Positions 28,777 through 37,386 of a stretch of DNA of 64,000 bases are shown here, piece after piece. Below the pieces are notes generated by a model. That model saw nothing but the letters and a program-made list of their open reading frames with translations, ran no database searches and was not told where the DNA came from. Both the position numbers and the translations under genes were made by a program. Within the stretch, counting starts at the first letter, position 1. Every line of letters starts with the position of its first letter. This stretch comes from a virus: positions 1-64,000 of IMG/VR virus record IMGVR_UViG_3300044629_000131. One strand, written 5' to 3'.

Positions 28777-29907
28777 ATGCCTACCAGTCCTTATTTTCCT
28801 ACCTACTACCAAGGTCATCCTGGTGAGCAAAACCTCGCTCAGGATCTTGCTGACGAACAGATCAAACTGTTTGGAACAGATATCTATTATCTTCCAAGAA
28901 CAATCTTGAAAGATAATACACTAGATGATATTATCTATTCTAAGTATCAAGAGCAATTCCAGATTGAGATGCTTCTACAGAACGTGGAAGGTTTTGGTGA
29001 GCAGTCAGAATTTATCAGTAAATTTGGTGTCAAGATTACTGACGAAGTGAAGTTTATTGTTTCATCTAGAAGATGGGATCAAGCAGAAGCACAGTACAAT
29101 CCAACCCTCACTGTTCCTGGAAGACCAAATGATGGAGATCTATTATACTTCCCACTCACTACAGATATCTACGAAATCAAATTTGTAGAAAGAGAAACTC
29201 CATTCTACCAGTTTGGTAAAATTCAATTCTTTATTCTAACTGCTGAAATCTATGATGTCGGCAACGACAACCTTGAAACTGGAGTTCCAGAGATTGATGA
29301 GATTGAACAACTCTTCTCTAGTGCGTTCAAGCTTGTCATGGATCCTGGCGGTATTGGTAACTTTACAGTTGGAGAAGAGATCGTTGGAGATGAGTTCCTA
29401 GCAAAGGCAACATCATCAATTACTGGTGGTACTATAAGTGGAACAATAATCAGCGATGGTGGAGCATTCTACAATCCAGCAATTCCTCCAACTGTCACAT
29501 TCTCGGCACCTCCAACAGGTGGTACTAGAGCTACTGGAACTGCCACGGTATCTTCAAATGGTATCGTGACTGGTATTTTCGTTACCAATCCTGGAAGTGG
29601 TTATACGTCTGCTCCTACAGTAACGATTGACTACTCACCAAAAGATAACAGAGCAGAAGTCAAGTCCTGGAACCCAGCAACTCGCACTCTTGAAGTCATC
29701 AACAGAACTGGCACATTCACAACTGCTGAGACAATTACTGGTATCACATCTGGCGCTAAGTGGAGTCCATTCACTTTTGACACTCTAAATAATACCAACA
29801 GCGCCTACGATCAAAATAGAGAGATTGAGGATACCGCTGACGATATTGTGGATTGGACTGAAAGAAACCCATTCGGTGAATTTGGAAATTATACAGGTAG
29901 CATCTGA
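28777..29907 (+). CDS. gp14: Neck protein gp14 with an inserted GSGY beta module
   Basis: EQIKLFGTDIYYLPR, RPNDGDLLYFP, FVERETPFYQFGK and C-terminal ERNPFGE. Confidence 0.95.
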   Translation: MPTSPYFPTYYQGHPGEQNLAQDLADEQIKLFGTDIYYLPRTILKDNTLDDIIYSKYQEQFQIEMLLQNVEGFGEQSEFISKFGVKITDEVKFIVSSRRWDQAEAQYNPTLTVPGRPNDGDLLYFPLTTDIYEIKFVERETPFYQFGKIQFFILTAEIYDVGNDNLETGVPEIDEIEQLFSSAFKLVMDPGGIGNFTVGEEIVGDEFLAKATSSITGGTISGTIISDGGAFYNPAIPPTVTFSAPPTGGTRATGTATVSSNGIVTGIFVTNPGSGYTSAPTVTIDYSPKDNRAEVKSWNPATRTLEVINRTGTFTTAETITGITSGAKWSPFTFDTLNNTNSAYDQNREIEDTADDIVDWTERNPFGEFGNYTGSI

Positions 29908-30710
29908 TGTTAGGATCACATTTTTATAACGAAATTACTCGCAAAAATATTATTGCTTTTGGTACACTCTTCAACAACATTACGTTGAGAAAGAAAGATC
30001 CAAATACAGGTGCTGTATTGGAAGAAGAGAAGGTCCAACTAGCATACGGTCCTAAGCAAAAGTTTCTTGCTCGCCTAGAACAAAACCCAGATGTTGGTAG
30101 AAAGGTTGGCATTACTTTGCCACGTATTTACTTTGAGATGACTGGAATTGATTACGATCCTACCCGTAAAACATCACCAATTCAAAAATACAAAACGATC
30201 ATTGCTGATAATGGTAATGAAGTCAGAGTTCAGTATGTTCCTGTTCCTTATAATATGAGTTTTGAATTGGGGATCATATCAAAATCACAAGATGATGCTC
30301 TACAAATTATTGAGCAGATCCTACCATACTTCCAACCATCATTCTCAATCACTCTGAATATGATCCCAGAGATGGATGAGAAGAAGGATGTTGCGATTGT
30401 TCTTAACGATATCAATTATGAAGATGAATGGGAAGATGACTATATGCAGCGCAGATACGTTGTCTATACTCTAAGATTTACTGCCAAGACTTACTTCTAC
30501 GGTCCTTACAGTCAGTCCGATATCATCAAGAAAGCAATTGTCTATGAAACTCTTGGAGATGCTGCTGTCAACAGAAGAACGGTCAAGAGAACATACACTC
30601 CAGTTGCTATTCAAGATCAAGATGGAGATAATGATGTAGATGCGGCAGATACGGCAATTCTAACTGCTGATGATAATTTTGGTTTTAACGAAGGTATAGA
30701 ATTCTATTGA
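29907..30710 (+). CDS. gp15: Tail sheath stabiliser/terminator gp15
   Basis: FYNEITRKNIIAFGTLFNNI, AYGPKQKFLARL, QIIEQILPYFQP. Confidence 0.95.
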   Translation: MLGSHFYNEITRKNIIAFGTLFNNITLRKKDPNTGAVLEEEKVQLAYGPKQKFLARLEQNPDVGRKVGITLPRIYFEMTGIDYDPTRKTSPIQKYKTIIADNGNEVRVQYVPVPYNMSFELGIISKSQDDALQIIEQILPYFQPSFSITLNMIPEMDEKKDVAIVLNDINYEDEWEDDYMQRRYVVYTLRFTAKTYFYGPYSQSDIIKKAIVYETLGDAAVNRRTVKRTYTPVAIQDQDGDNDVDAADTAILTADDNFGFNEGIEFY

Positions 30711-30711
30711 T

Positions 30712-31119
30712 ATGAGCTTAGAAGAGAACATGGAAGAACTACTCAATATTGAGGCAGAGGTTATTGATGAACCGAAGCCTGTGAAGGTTGAACGTGAAGG
30801 TGACAAGGAAGACAAGATCAAAGACTACGAATATACACGAGGGGAATTATACAACCTCATCAGCAAGGGTCAGGAGGCGGTACAAGGCGCCTTAGAGGTC
30901 GCACAGGAGAGCGGACACCCTAGAGCGTATGAAGTCGCTGTGAACGCCATGAAGCAGGTAGCAGACATGACTGACAAGCTTGTAGATCTTCAGAAGAAGA
31001 TGAAGGATTTAGATGCCGAGAATAAGAAAGTTACAAACGTTACAAATAATGCCATGTTTGTAGGCAGCACAACTGAGCTTCAGAAGATGCTGAAGCAGAT
31101 GGGAGGAGGCAAAAGATAA
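30712..31119 (+). CDS. gp16: Terminase small subunit gp16
   Basis: DYEYTRGELYNLI, HPRAYEV, NNAMFVGSTTELQKML. Confidence 0.95.
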   Translation: MSLEENMEELLNIEAEVIDEPKPVKVEREGDKEDKIKDYEYTRGELYNLISKGQEAVQGALEVAQESGHPRAYEVAVNAMKQVADMTDKLVDLQKKMKDLDAENKKVTNVTNNAMFVGSTTELQKMLKQMGGGKR

Positions 31120-31146
31120 ATATTTTGTTGTCTCCATATTCAAGCG

Positions 31147-31248
31147 ATGGCAAAGTCACCTAATAAGAAGGGCAAAAACGGTTCTTCAAAGCAAAATCAA
31201 GGTAATGCTACTGCGAAGAAAGCAAAGAATGGGGGCAAGAAAAAATGA
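31147..31248 (+). CDS. 33-aa Lys-rich basic peptide (not in the ORF track)
   Basis: MAKSPNKKGKNGSSKQNQGNATAKKAKNGGKKK. Downstream of ATAAATA (31116-31122), with ATGA overlap to the next ORF. Confidence 0.6.
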   Translation: MAKSPNKKGKNGSSKQNQGNATAKKAKNGGKKK

Positions 31249-31433
31249 CGCTCATAGCATTCGCAATCATGGGAATTGTTGAGGTAGCACCAAACGTCTG
31301 CCAAATTGATTACATGAGATATGTGGATGTTGCGAGTGTTAAACTTCCTTGCGACGTTGTGAAACTAAATATTATTGATACGAAGTCGGAAGATGCCAGT
31401 TCCAGCAACCAACCTAAATTACATCAGAAATGA
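31245..31433 (+). CDS. Hypothetical protein
   Basis: ATGA coupling with the upstream ORF; G.VE..P..C.IDY pattern. Confidence 0.55.
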   Translation: MTLIAFAIMGIVEVAPNVCQIDYMRYVDVASVKLPCDVVKLNIIDTKSEDASSSNQPKLHQK

Positions 31434-31671
31434 TGCGAACTGTGATCCACTAGCGACACAACCTGCTTCTACTACTGTAAATGTATTCAACGGAACAGAA
31501 GGTTGGACGGCATTTCAATACAAGGACTTCAACGGTGATTATGTTCCAAGAAATTCCAACAATACTGTAAGAACTCCTGGAACATTTCAAGCAAGGAACT
31601 ACGACAATACTACTAGAACTCCTGCTGATTATCAACGTTATGACACAACAAATAATCCAGTATTAGCATAA
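31393..31671 (+). CDS. Hypothetical late protein with short internal repeats
   Basis: ATG at 31393, after CTAAATA (31365-31371). Repeated units RN.NNTVRTP / RNYDNTTRTP. Confidence 0.65.
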   Translation: MPVPATNLNYIRNDANCDPLATQPASTTVNVFNGTEGWTAFQYKDFNGDYVPRNSNNTVRTPGTFQARNYDNTTRTPADYQRYDTTNNPVLA

Positions 31672-33056
31672 TGGCACAGTATAGCAAACACTACGAGGAT
31701 TTCCTACCACAGGAAAAAACAAACTTTGAGGTAGTCATGATTGCCGACGCAAACGGCAATGTTGGGCCTGGTAGTTCTGGTTCTTCTGTATCTTTTAGTG
31801 AAACAGCAGTAGATGCTTTTGGTCGTCTCAAAGTTACCGAACCATTCACTCTTGGTGATTACAAGCACCTTTATGCTATTGACCCAAACTTTTTAGATAA
31901 CCTAACTAATGGTGGCACAGCAACATATAATATCAATAAGGCTTGTGCTACTTTAGCAACCACATCAAACACCACTTCTCGTGCTGTTCATCAAACTAAA
32001 TTTTATCATCATTACCAGCCTGGTAAGTCACAGATGATTTACAGTTCGGTATGTTTTGGTTATGCTCAACAGAATGTAACCAAAAGAACTGGATACTTCG
32101 ATGATAGAGATGGTATCTACTTTGAGCAAGTTGGTGGTGCTACTGCCAACGGAACAACCAATGGCACTCTAAACTTTGTTGTTCGTTCTTATGTTAGCGG
32201 CACTGCTAGCGAAGCAACATTAGGAACTTACAAAAGAAGAGTTCCACAATCAGAATGGAACATTGATAAGTGTGATGGAACTGGTGTTTCTGGTTTCAAC
32301 ATCAATACTTCAAAAACACAACTAGTTTATATTGACTTCCAATGGTTGGGAGTTGGTAGAGTTCGTTGTGGTTTTGTTCATAATGGGCAACTTATTCTAG
32401 CACACCAATATTATTGTTCTAATGAACTTGATGAAGTTTATATCGCAAATCCTAATCTACCAGTAAGATGTGAGATACTAAACACAGGTACAACATCTGG
32501 TGGTTCATTTGATCAGATTTGTTCCACTGTTATGTCAGAAGGTGGATATGTTGAAAGTGGTATTGACTTCATGTATATGATGACAGCATCTAGGTCAGTT
32601 GCTGGTGGTGCTACTCTACCTGTTTTGGCAATTCGTTTGAAGAATACATTTCAAACTTACCCCAACAGAATTTCGGTTAGGTTAAATAATATTGCTTTGT
32701 ATCCTTCTGGAGAAACATTTTCATTCCAAATTGTTAAATTACCAAGTCAATCAAACTTGACTGGCACACTTAATTGGACCGATGTTGATACCAATAGTGG
32801 CGTTCAATATTCAGTTGGTGCTACTGGTTATACGGCAGGAAGTGGCGATGCTTTATTTGGTGGTTTTGTAACTGCTGGTTCGTCACAGAACTCTTTGTCG
32901 TCTGCTTCGACAGGTTCTATTTCTGCTGCCAAGAAAAACATTATTGTTCAAAATTTTGACTCTACTTCATCAGAAGTATATGTTGTGTTAGCAACAAATA
33001 TTGGTAATAACTCTGGAACAATTAGAGCAGCACTTCAATGGAGGGAAATCTACTAA
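31671..33056 (+). CDS. Conserved cyanophage virion structural protein, 461 aa
   Basis: DAFGRLKVTEPFTL, YQPGKS, QSEWNIDKCDGTG.SG, IDFQWLGVGRVRCGF. Confidence 0.75.
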   Translation: MAQYSKHYEDFLPQEKTNFEVVMIADANGNVGPGSSGSSVSFSETAVDAFGRLKVTEPFTLGDYKHLYAIDPNFLDNLTNGGTATYNINKACATLATTSNTTSRAVHQTKFYHHYQPGKSQMIYSSVCFGYAQQNVTKRTGYFDDRDGIYFEQVGGATANGTTNGTLNFVVRSYVSGTASEATLGTYKRRVPQSEWNIDKCDGTGVSGFNINTSKTQLVYIDFQWLGVGRVRCGFVHNGQLILAHQYYCSNELDEVYIANPNLPVRCEILNTGTTSGGSFDQICSTVMSEGGYVESGIDFMYMMTASRSVAGGATLPVLAIRLKNTFQTYPNRISVRLNNIALYPSGETFSFQIVKLPSQSNLTGTLNWTDVDTNSGVQYSVGATGYTAGSGDALFGGFVTAGSSQNSLSSASTGSISAAKKNIIVQNFDSTSSEVYVVLATNIGNNSGTIRAALQWREIY

Positions 33057-33487
33057 TGAAAAACTATAAAGAAATCAAACATCTTGCTGAAGAAGCAAAG
33101 AAAAAAGAGAAAGAAGAAAAGCGTTTCTGTAAGCTCTGCCAAAAACCAGAGACAAGAAAAGAATGTTCCTATGGCGAGAAAGCATGGGATCGTTTCGCAG
33201 TTCCAGTTCAATCTATCAAAAGAGAAGAAGTAGAACTAGACGAAGCTGCTTGGACTAAAAAGGAGGGACAGAATAAGAATGGCGGTCTCAACGAAAAAGG
33301 TAGAAAGTCATACGAAAGAGCTAATCCTGGAAGCGACCTTAAGGCACCTTCAAAGAAAGTTGGAAATCCCCGCAGGGCGTCATTTTGTGCCAGAATGAAA
33401 GGACTAAAAAGTAAATTGACAAGTAAAAAAACAGCAAGGGATCCCGACAGCAGAGTAAATAAAAGCTTGAGGGCTTGGAACTGTTAG
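33056..33487 (+). CDS. DUF6321-like basic protein, possible internal head protein
   Basis: ATG 33056 overlaps the upstream TAA. Motifs AAWTKKEG.N..GGLNEKGRKSY, RRASFCARMKG and SLRAWNC. Confidence 0.7.
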   Translation: MKNYKEIKHLAEEAKKKEKEEKRFCKLCQKPETRKECSYGEKAWDRFAVPVQSIKREEVELDEAAWTKKEGQNKNGGLNEKGRKSYERANPGSDLKAPSKKVGNPRRASFCARMKGLKSKLTSKKTARDPDSRVNKSLRAWNC

Positions 33488-33488
33488 A

Positions 33489-33537
33489 TTTCATACCTTT
33501 TCATTCTTATAAATAGTAGTAATGAAAAGGTATGAAA
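33489..33537 (+). promoter_or_regulatory. 17-bp hairpin sequestering the RBS and ATG of the endonuclease, with late promoter TATAAATA (33508-33515) in the loop
   Basis: tttcataccttttcatt (33489-33505) is the exact reverse complement of aatgaaaaggtatgaaa (33521-33537). Confidence 0.85.
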
Positions 33538-33948
33538 ATGTCAGAGAAAATTTGTACTAGGTGTAAGAATTCAAAACCAAGAACACCAGAATATTTCCCA
33601 CTTCACAATAAATGTAAAGATGGTTTAGATAGTTGGTGTAGAGCTTGTAGAGCGTCTTATCGTAGTGAAATAAACAGAGGAAAATTTAGAGGACAACTTA
33701 CTGATGATGAGGTAAGAAAACTGAAGCAACAAATCACATGTGATATATGTGGTAAAGAAGATACTGGTGGATCCAAGAACAATAAACATCTAGGCAAAGT
33801 AAAATCTTTGGTTATGGATCATGACCACCACACTGGAAAATTTAGAGGAATGTTATGTAACCACTGTAATAGAGGATTGGGCAACTTTTTTGATAATGTA
33901 AATACTTTGGAAAATGCCATTTTGTACCTAAAAAAGTGGAATTGCTGA
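33532..33948 (+). CDS. Endonuclease VII-family (His-Me finger) putative free-standing homing endonuclease
   Basis: N-terminal CxxC...CxxC finger, then CDICG and DHDHHTGKFRGMLCNHCNRGLG.F.DN. Confidence 0.85.
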   Translation: MKMSEKICTRCKNSKPRTPEYFPLHNKCKDGLDSWCRACRASYRSEINRGKFRGQLTDDEVRKLKQQITCDICGKEDTGGSKNNKHLGKVKSLVMDHDHHTGKFRGMLCNHCNRGLGNFFDNVNTLENAILYLKKWNC

Positions 33949-34002
33949 CAAAAACCTGCCAAAAAATTTGTTGTTATTATAATTAGTTTTGAGGTTTCCA
34001 TT

Positions 34003-34158
34003 ATGATAATGAGACTGAAAGAAGAAGATATCACACGACTTATTCTTGCTTGCGAACTTTACAAGAACTCAACTGGATCAGAGTATATCTGGGATCAGTA
34101 TGAAGAACTTATAAAGACACTTAAAACTTACCTTGAACAATACTCTACCGATGACTAA
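34003..34158 (+). CDS. 51-aa hypothetical protein (not in the ORF track)
   Basis: MIMRLKEEDITRLILACELYKNSTGSEYIWDQYEELIKTLKTYLEQYSTDD. GAGGT RBS at 33991 and TATAAT at 33978. Confidence 0.7.
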   Translation: MIMRLKEEDITRLILACELYKNSTGSEYIWDQYEELIKTLKTYLEQYSTDD

Positions 34159-34240
34159 TACACTTATAAGTGCTGTGCTAATTTTTTCAAGCATAGCACT
34201 TTTCATTTATTGGGGGTTGAATAATGCTTACCCTAGTTGA
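34151..34240 (+). CDS. 29-aa single-TM microprotein
   Basis: MTNTLISAVLIFSSIALFIYWGLNNAYPS; overlaps its neighbours. Confidence 0.55.
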   Translation: MTNTLISAVLIFSSIALFIYWGLNNAYPS

Positions 34241-34337
34241 ACACTTAGCATCAAGTCCAATTTGGTTAGGACTTTGTGGATTTGGTATTATTGTCCTACC
34301 TATTATAGGAATACAATACATACACAAAGATAAATGA
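34224..34337 (+). CDS. 37-aa single-TM microprotein
   Basis: MLTLVEHLASSPIWLGLCGFGIIVLPIIGIQYIHKDK; ATGA overlap with the next ORF. Confidence 0.55.
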   Translation: MLTLVEHLASSPIWLGLCGFGIIVLPIIGIQYIHKDK

Positions 34338-34459
34338 TACATGATTTTCCTTGGGGAGTAATCACAATACTAGGTTGTGGTCTTTTATTTACTTTGTATG
34401 TCATCTACTACATATTACGGATGGCAAACGAGGAAATGAAAGACCATGGCAGACACTAA
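34334..34459 (+). CDS. 41-aa single-TM microprotein
   Basis: MIHDFPWGVITILGCGLLFTLYVIYYILRMANEEMKDHGRH. Confidence 0.6.
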   Translation: MIHDFPWGVITILGCGLLFTLYVIYYILRMANEEMKDHGRH

Positions 34460-34883
34460 AGATCCATATATCTACCGCATCAAATCAGTTGGTAAGGTTG
34501 TAGATGGAGACACTATTGACGCTGATATTGATTTGGGTTTTGATATTAGCCTCACTAAACGAATTCGCTTGGCGGGTATTGATACACCAGAAAGCCGCAC
34601 GGCAGATCCATACGAAAAGAAACTCGGACTTCAAGCAAAAGATTGGTTGAAGAGCAGATTAGAATTTGCTAAGGATATTATCATCAAGACTGAACTTCCA
34701 GACAGCACAGAGAAGTATGGTCGCATCATCGGACACCTGTATATTAACGGAGAAGAAGTCTCTGTCAATAACCAGATGATCGCTGAAGGTCATGCCTGGG
34801 GGTATGATGGCGGCACTAAAGCTAAGGATTTTAACATCCTAAAGGAAATCCGAATTGCTAAAGGAACCTGGAAAGAAGTATAA
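34446..34883 (+). CDS. Thermonuclease (SNase family)
   Basis: VVDGDTID, RIRLAGIDTPE, EKYGRIIG. Confidence 0.9.
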   Translation: MADTKDPYIYRIKSVGKVVDGDTIDADIDLGFDISLTKRIRLAGIDTPESRTADPYEKKLGLQAKDWLKSRLEFAKDIIIKTELPDSTEKYGRIIGHLYINGEEVSVNNQMIAEGHAWGYDGGTKAKDFNILKEIRIAKGTWKEV

Positions 34884-34979
34884 TTTATAAGCATGTAAAG
34901 ATATACTTATTAAATCGTAACATATTGTAACACTTTTTTCTGCTACATAGCTTATAATAAATGTAGCAGAGAGTTACAT

Positions 34980-35192
34980 ATGTACGGGACTTATTTTATT
35001 GTTGTGTTCTTTGCGATCCTGATAGCATATGCTGGGGTCGAAGAAACTATGAAACTCTTTGTCTATGCTGATCTCCAATTACGCTATGCGTTTGTAAGAG
35101 TTCAGATGAAATGGATGGGTTGGAAACTCAAGAGGCAACTTGTAAGAGATACAACCGATTTCAAAAAGTTTCTCAAGGAGTATGACAAATGA
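34980..35192 (+). CDS. Hypothetical membrane protein
   Basis: N-terminal hydrophobic helix; preceded by a hairpin and a TATAAT. Confidence 0.65.
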   Translation: MYGTYFIVVFFAILIAYAGVEETMKLFVYADLQLRYAFVRVQMKWMGWKLKRQLVRDTTDFKKFLKEYDK

Positions 35193-35401
35193 ACACAAAG
35201 ACTTGTCCTAAGTGTGGTGCTAATTGGATTGACGGACAGCACTACTGGACTGGAACAAATAAACCTGGGAATGAACTAGACCTCGCAGGATTAGTTTGTA
35301 ATAAACTAGGTGATGATACTTGTATCAATCCCTGCCGTGGTAAAGAAGGTGGTGTTACCTGGGAGAAGAGATTGAAGGAGTTGGAAGAAGACCACCCCTA
35401 A
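35189..35401 (+). CDS. Cys-rich hypothetical protein
   Basis: CPKCGA.W..GQHYW, DLAGLVCN, CINP; ATGA coupling. Confidence 0.7.
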   Translation: MNTKTCPKCGANWIDGQHYWTGTNKPGNELDLAGLVCNKLGDDTCINPCRGKEGGVTWEKRLKELEEDHP

Positions 35402-35426
35402 ATACCAGTAGTGACTAGGTTTTATT

Positions 35427-37079
35427 GTGGCAGCTGGTACTGATGTATATTTGGGTAATCCTAATCTAAAGAAAGCGGGAACCCAAATATCATTTACAAA
35501 AAAACAAATCAACGAATGGATCAAGTGTAAAAATGATCCAGTCTATTTTGCTGAAAATTATATTAAGATTATCTCACTAGACGAAGGTTTGGTGCCATTT
35601 GAGATGTATGATTTCCAGAAGAAGATTTTACAAGACTTCCATGAAAACAGATTTAACATCGCAAAGCTCCCAAGACAAACTGGAAAATCCACTACGGTTG
35701 TTGCTTATCTGCTTTATTACGCAATATTCTTTGATAGCGTTAATATTGGTATTCTCGCTAACAAAGCTTCAACATCTAGGGAACTCCTAAGCAGACTTCA
35801 ACTAGCATATGAAAATCTACCAAAGTGGATGCAGCATGGTGTAGTTGTTTGGAACAAAGGTAATGTCGAACTTGAAAACGGATCAAAAATTCTGGCATCT
35901 TCTACATCTGCGTCTGCTGTCAGAGGCATGTCGTTTAATATCCTCTTCCTCGACGAATTCGCTTTCGTTCCAAACCATGTTGCAGAGCAATTCTTTGCCT
36001 CTGTTTATCCTACTATTACTTCTGGTAAGAGCACGAAAGTCATAATCATCTCAACACCAAATGGTATGAACCACTTCTACAAGATGTGGATTGATGCCAA
36101 GAACGGCAAGAATGGTTATGTAATGAATGAGGTTCATTGGTCTCAGGTTCCTGGTAGAGATGCGAAGTGGAAAGAAGAGACCCTTAAGAATACTTCTGCC
36201 AGACAGTTCGCACAAGAATTTGAATGTGACTTTCTTGGTTCTGCTGATACCCTAATCAGTCCAGCAAAACTTCAAAATATACCATTTACTGACCCAATTA
36301 CATCCAATGCAGGACTTGATATCCACGAAAGAGTACAAAAAGATCACGAATACATTATTACTGTTGATGTTGCCAGAGGAATTGGTGGCGACTATAGTGC
36401 TTTCGTCGTGTTTGATATCACCACACTGCCGTATAAGATCGTGGCAAAGTACAGAAATAATGAAATTAAACCTGTACTGTTTCCCTCGGTAATTTTACAG
36501 GTAGCGAAAGAATATAATTTACCATATATCCTAGTAGAAGTCAACGATATTGGTGATAGTATTGCCGCCACTTTGAACTATGATCTAGAATATCCTAACG
36601 TATTAATGTGTGCGATGCGTGGCAGAGCAGGGCAAATTGTTGGTACAGGTTTCTCTGGAATGAAAACTCAACTTGGTGTCAAGATGAGTGTGACGGTTAA
36701 GAAATTGGGTTGCGCTAATCTCAAAGCAATTATCGAAGAAGATAAACTAACTTTTGGTGACTTCGAAATTCTACAAGAGCTCACCACGTTCATTCAGAAA
36801 AAGATGGCATGGGAAGCTGACGAGGGATATCATGATGACCTTGTGATGTGTTTGGTTCTCTTTGCATGGTTAGTCATGCAAGAATACTTCAAAGAGATGA
36901 CAGATCAGGATGTTCGTCGTCGCATCTACGAAGAACAAAGAAATCAAATCGAACAAGATATGGCGCCATTTGGTTTTGTTGACGATGGACTTGGCGATGA
37001 TAGTTTTATAGATGCCGATGGATCTTTATGGGAGTATGGAAATACTCAAGAAGAAGTAAGTTATATGTGGAATTACTAA
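35427..37079 (+). CDS. gp17: Terminase large subunit gp17
   Basis: YLGNPNLKKA, Walker A PRQTGKST, LFLDEFAFV, ISTPNG and HDDLVM. CTAAATA at 35398-35404 upstream. Confidence 0.97.
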   Translation: MAAGTDVYLGNPNLKKAGTQISFTKKQINEWIKCKNDPVYFAENYIKIISLDEGLVPFEMYDFQKKILQDFHENRFNIAKLPRQTGKSTTVVAYLLYYAIFFDSVNIGILANKASTSRELLSRLQLAYENLPKWMQHGVVVWNKGNVELENGSKILASSTSASAVRGMSFNILFLDEFAFVPNHVAEQFFASVYPTITSGKSTKVIIISTPNGMNHFYKMWIDAKNGKNGYVMNEVHWSQVPGRDAKWKEETLKNTSARQFAQEFECDFLGSADTLISPAKLQNIPFTDPITSNAGLDIHERVQKDHEYIITVDVARGIGGDYSAFVVFDITTLPYKIVAKYRNNEIKPVLFPSVILQVAKEYNLPYILVEVNDIGDSIAATLNYDLEYPNVLMCAMRGRAGQIVGTGFSGMKTQLGVKMSVTVKKLGCANLKAIIEEDKLTFGDFEILQELTTFIQKKMAWEADEGYHDDLVMCLVLFAWLVMQEYFKEMTDQDVRRRIYEEQRNQIEQDMAPFGFVDDGLGDDSFIDADGSLWEYGNTQEEVSYMWNY

Positions 37080-37303
37080 TGGACTTAGAAGATCAGTTTT
37101 CTTTAGAACATCTTATCTTTAAAGAGAGAAAGTGTAGAACTTGTCACAAAGAAAAAGACCTTCTTACAGATTTCTATTTGATTAGAAAAAACAAAAGACC
37201 ATTTCCGTCAGCATATTCATACGAATGTAAAGCATGTACGGTCAAAAGAATTATCGAAGCAAGAAAAAAAGATCATACAAATTGGTCATATCCAGATTGG
37301 TAG
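37079..37303 (+). CDS. Small zinc-finger protein
   Basis: ATG 37079 overlaps the gp17 stop. CRTC..K.L..DFY...YSYECKAC, ending YPDW. Confidence 0.75.
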   Translation: MDLEDQFSLEHLIFKERKCRTCHKEKDLLTDFYLIRKNKRPFPSAYSYECKACTVKRIIEARKKDHTNWSYPDW

Positions 37304-37386
37304 TATGTTCATGCATTGTTTCCCCCTCTGAACATCACTAATTTCTAAATAGATTTAGATAAATTTGATATCTAAGAGGTAAACAA

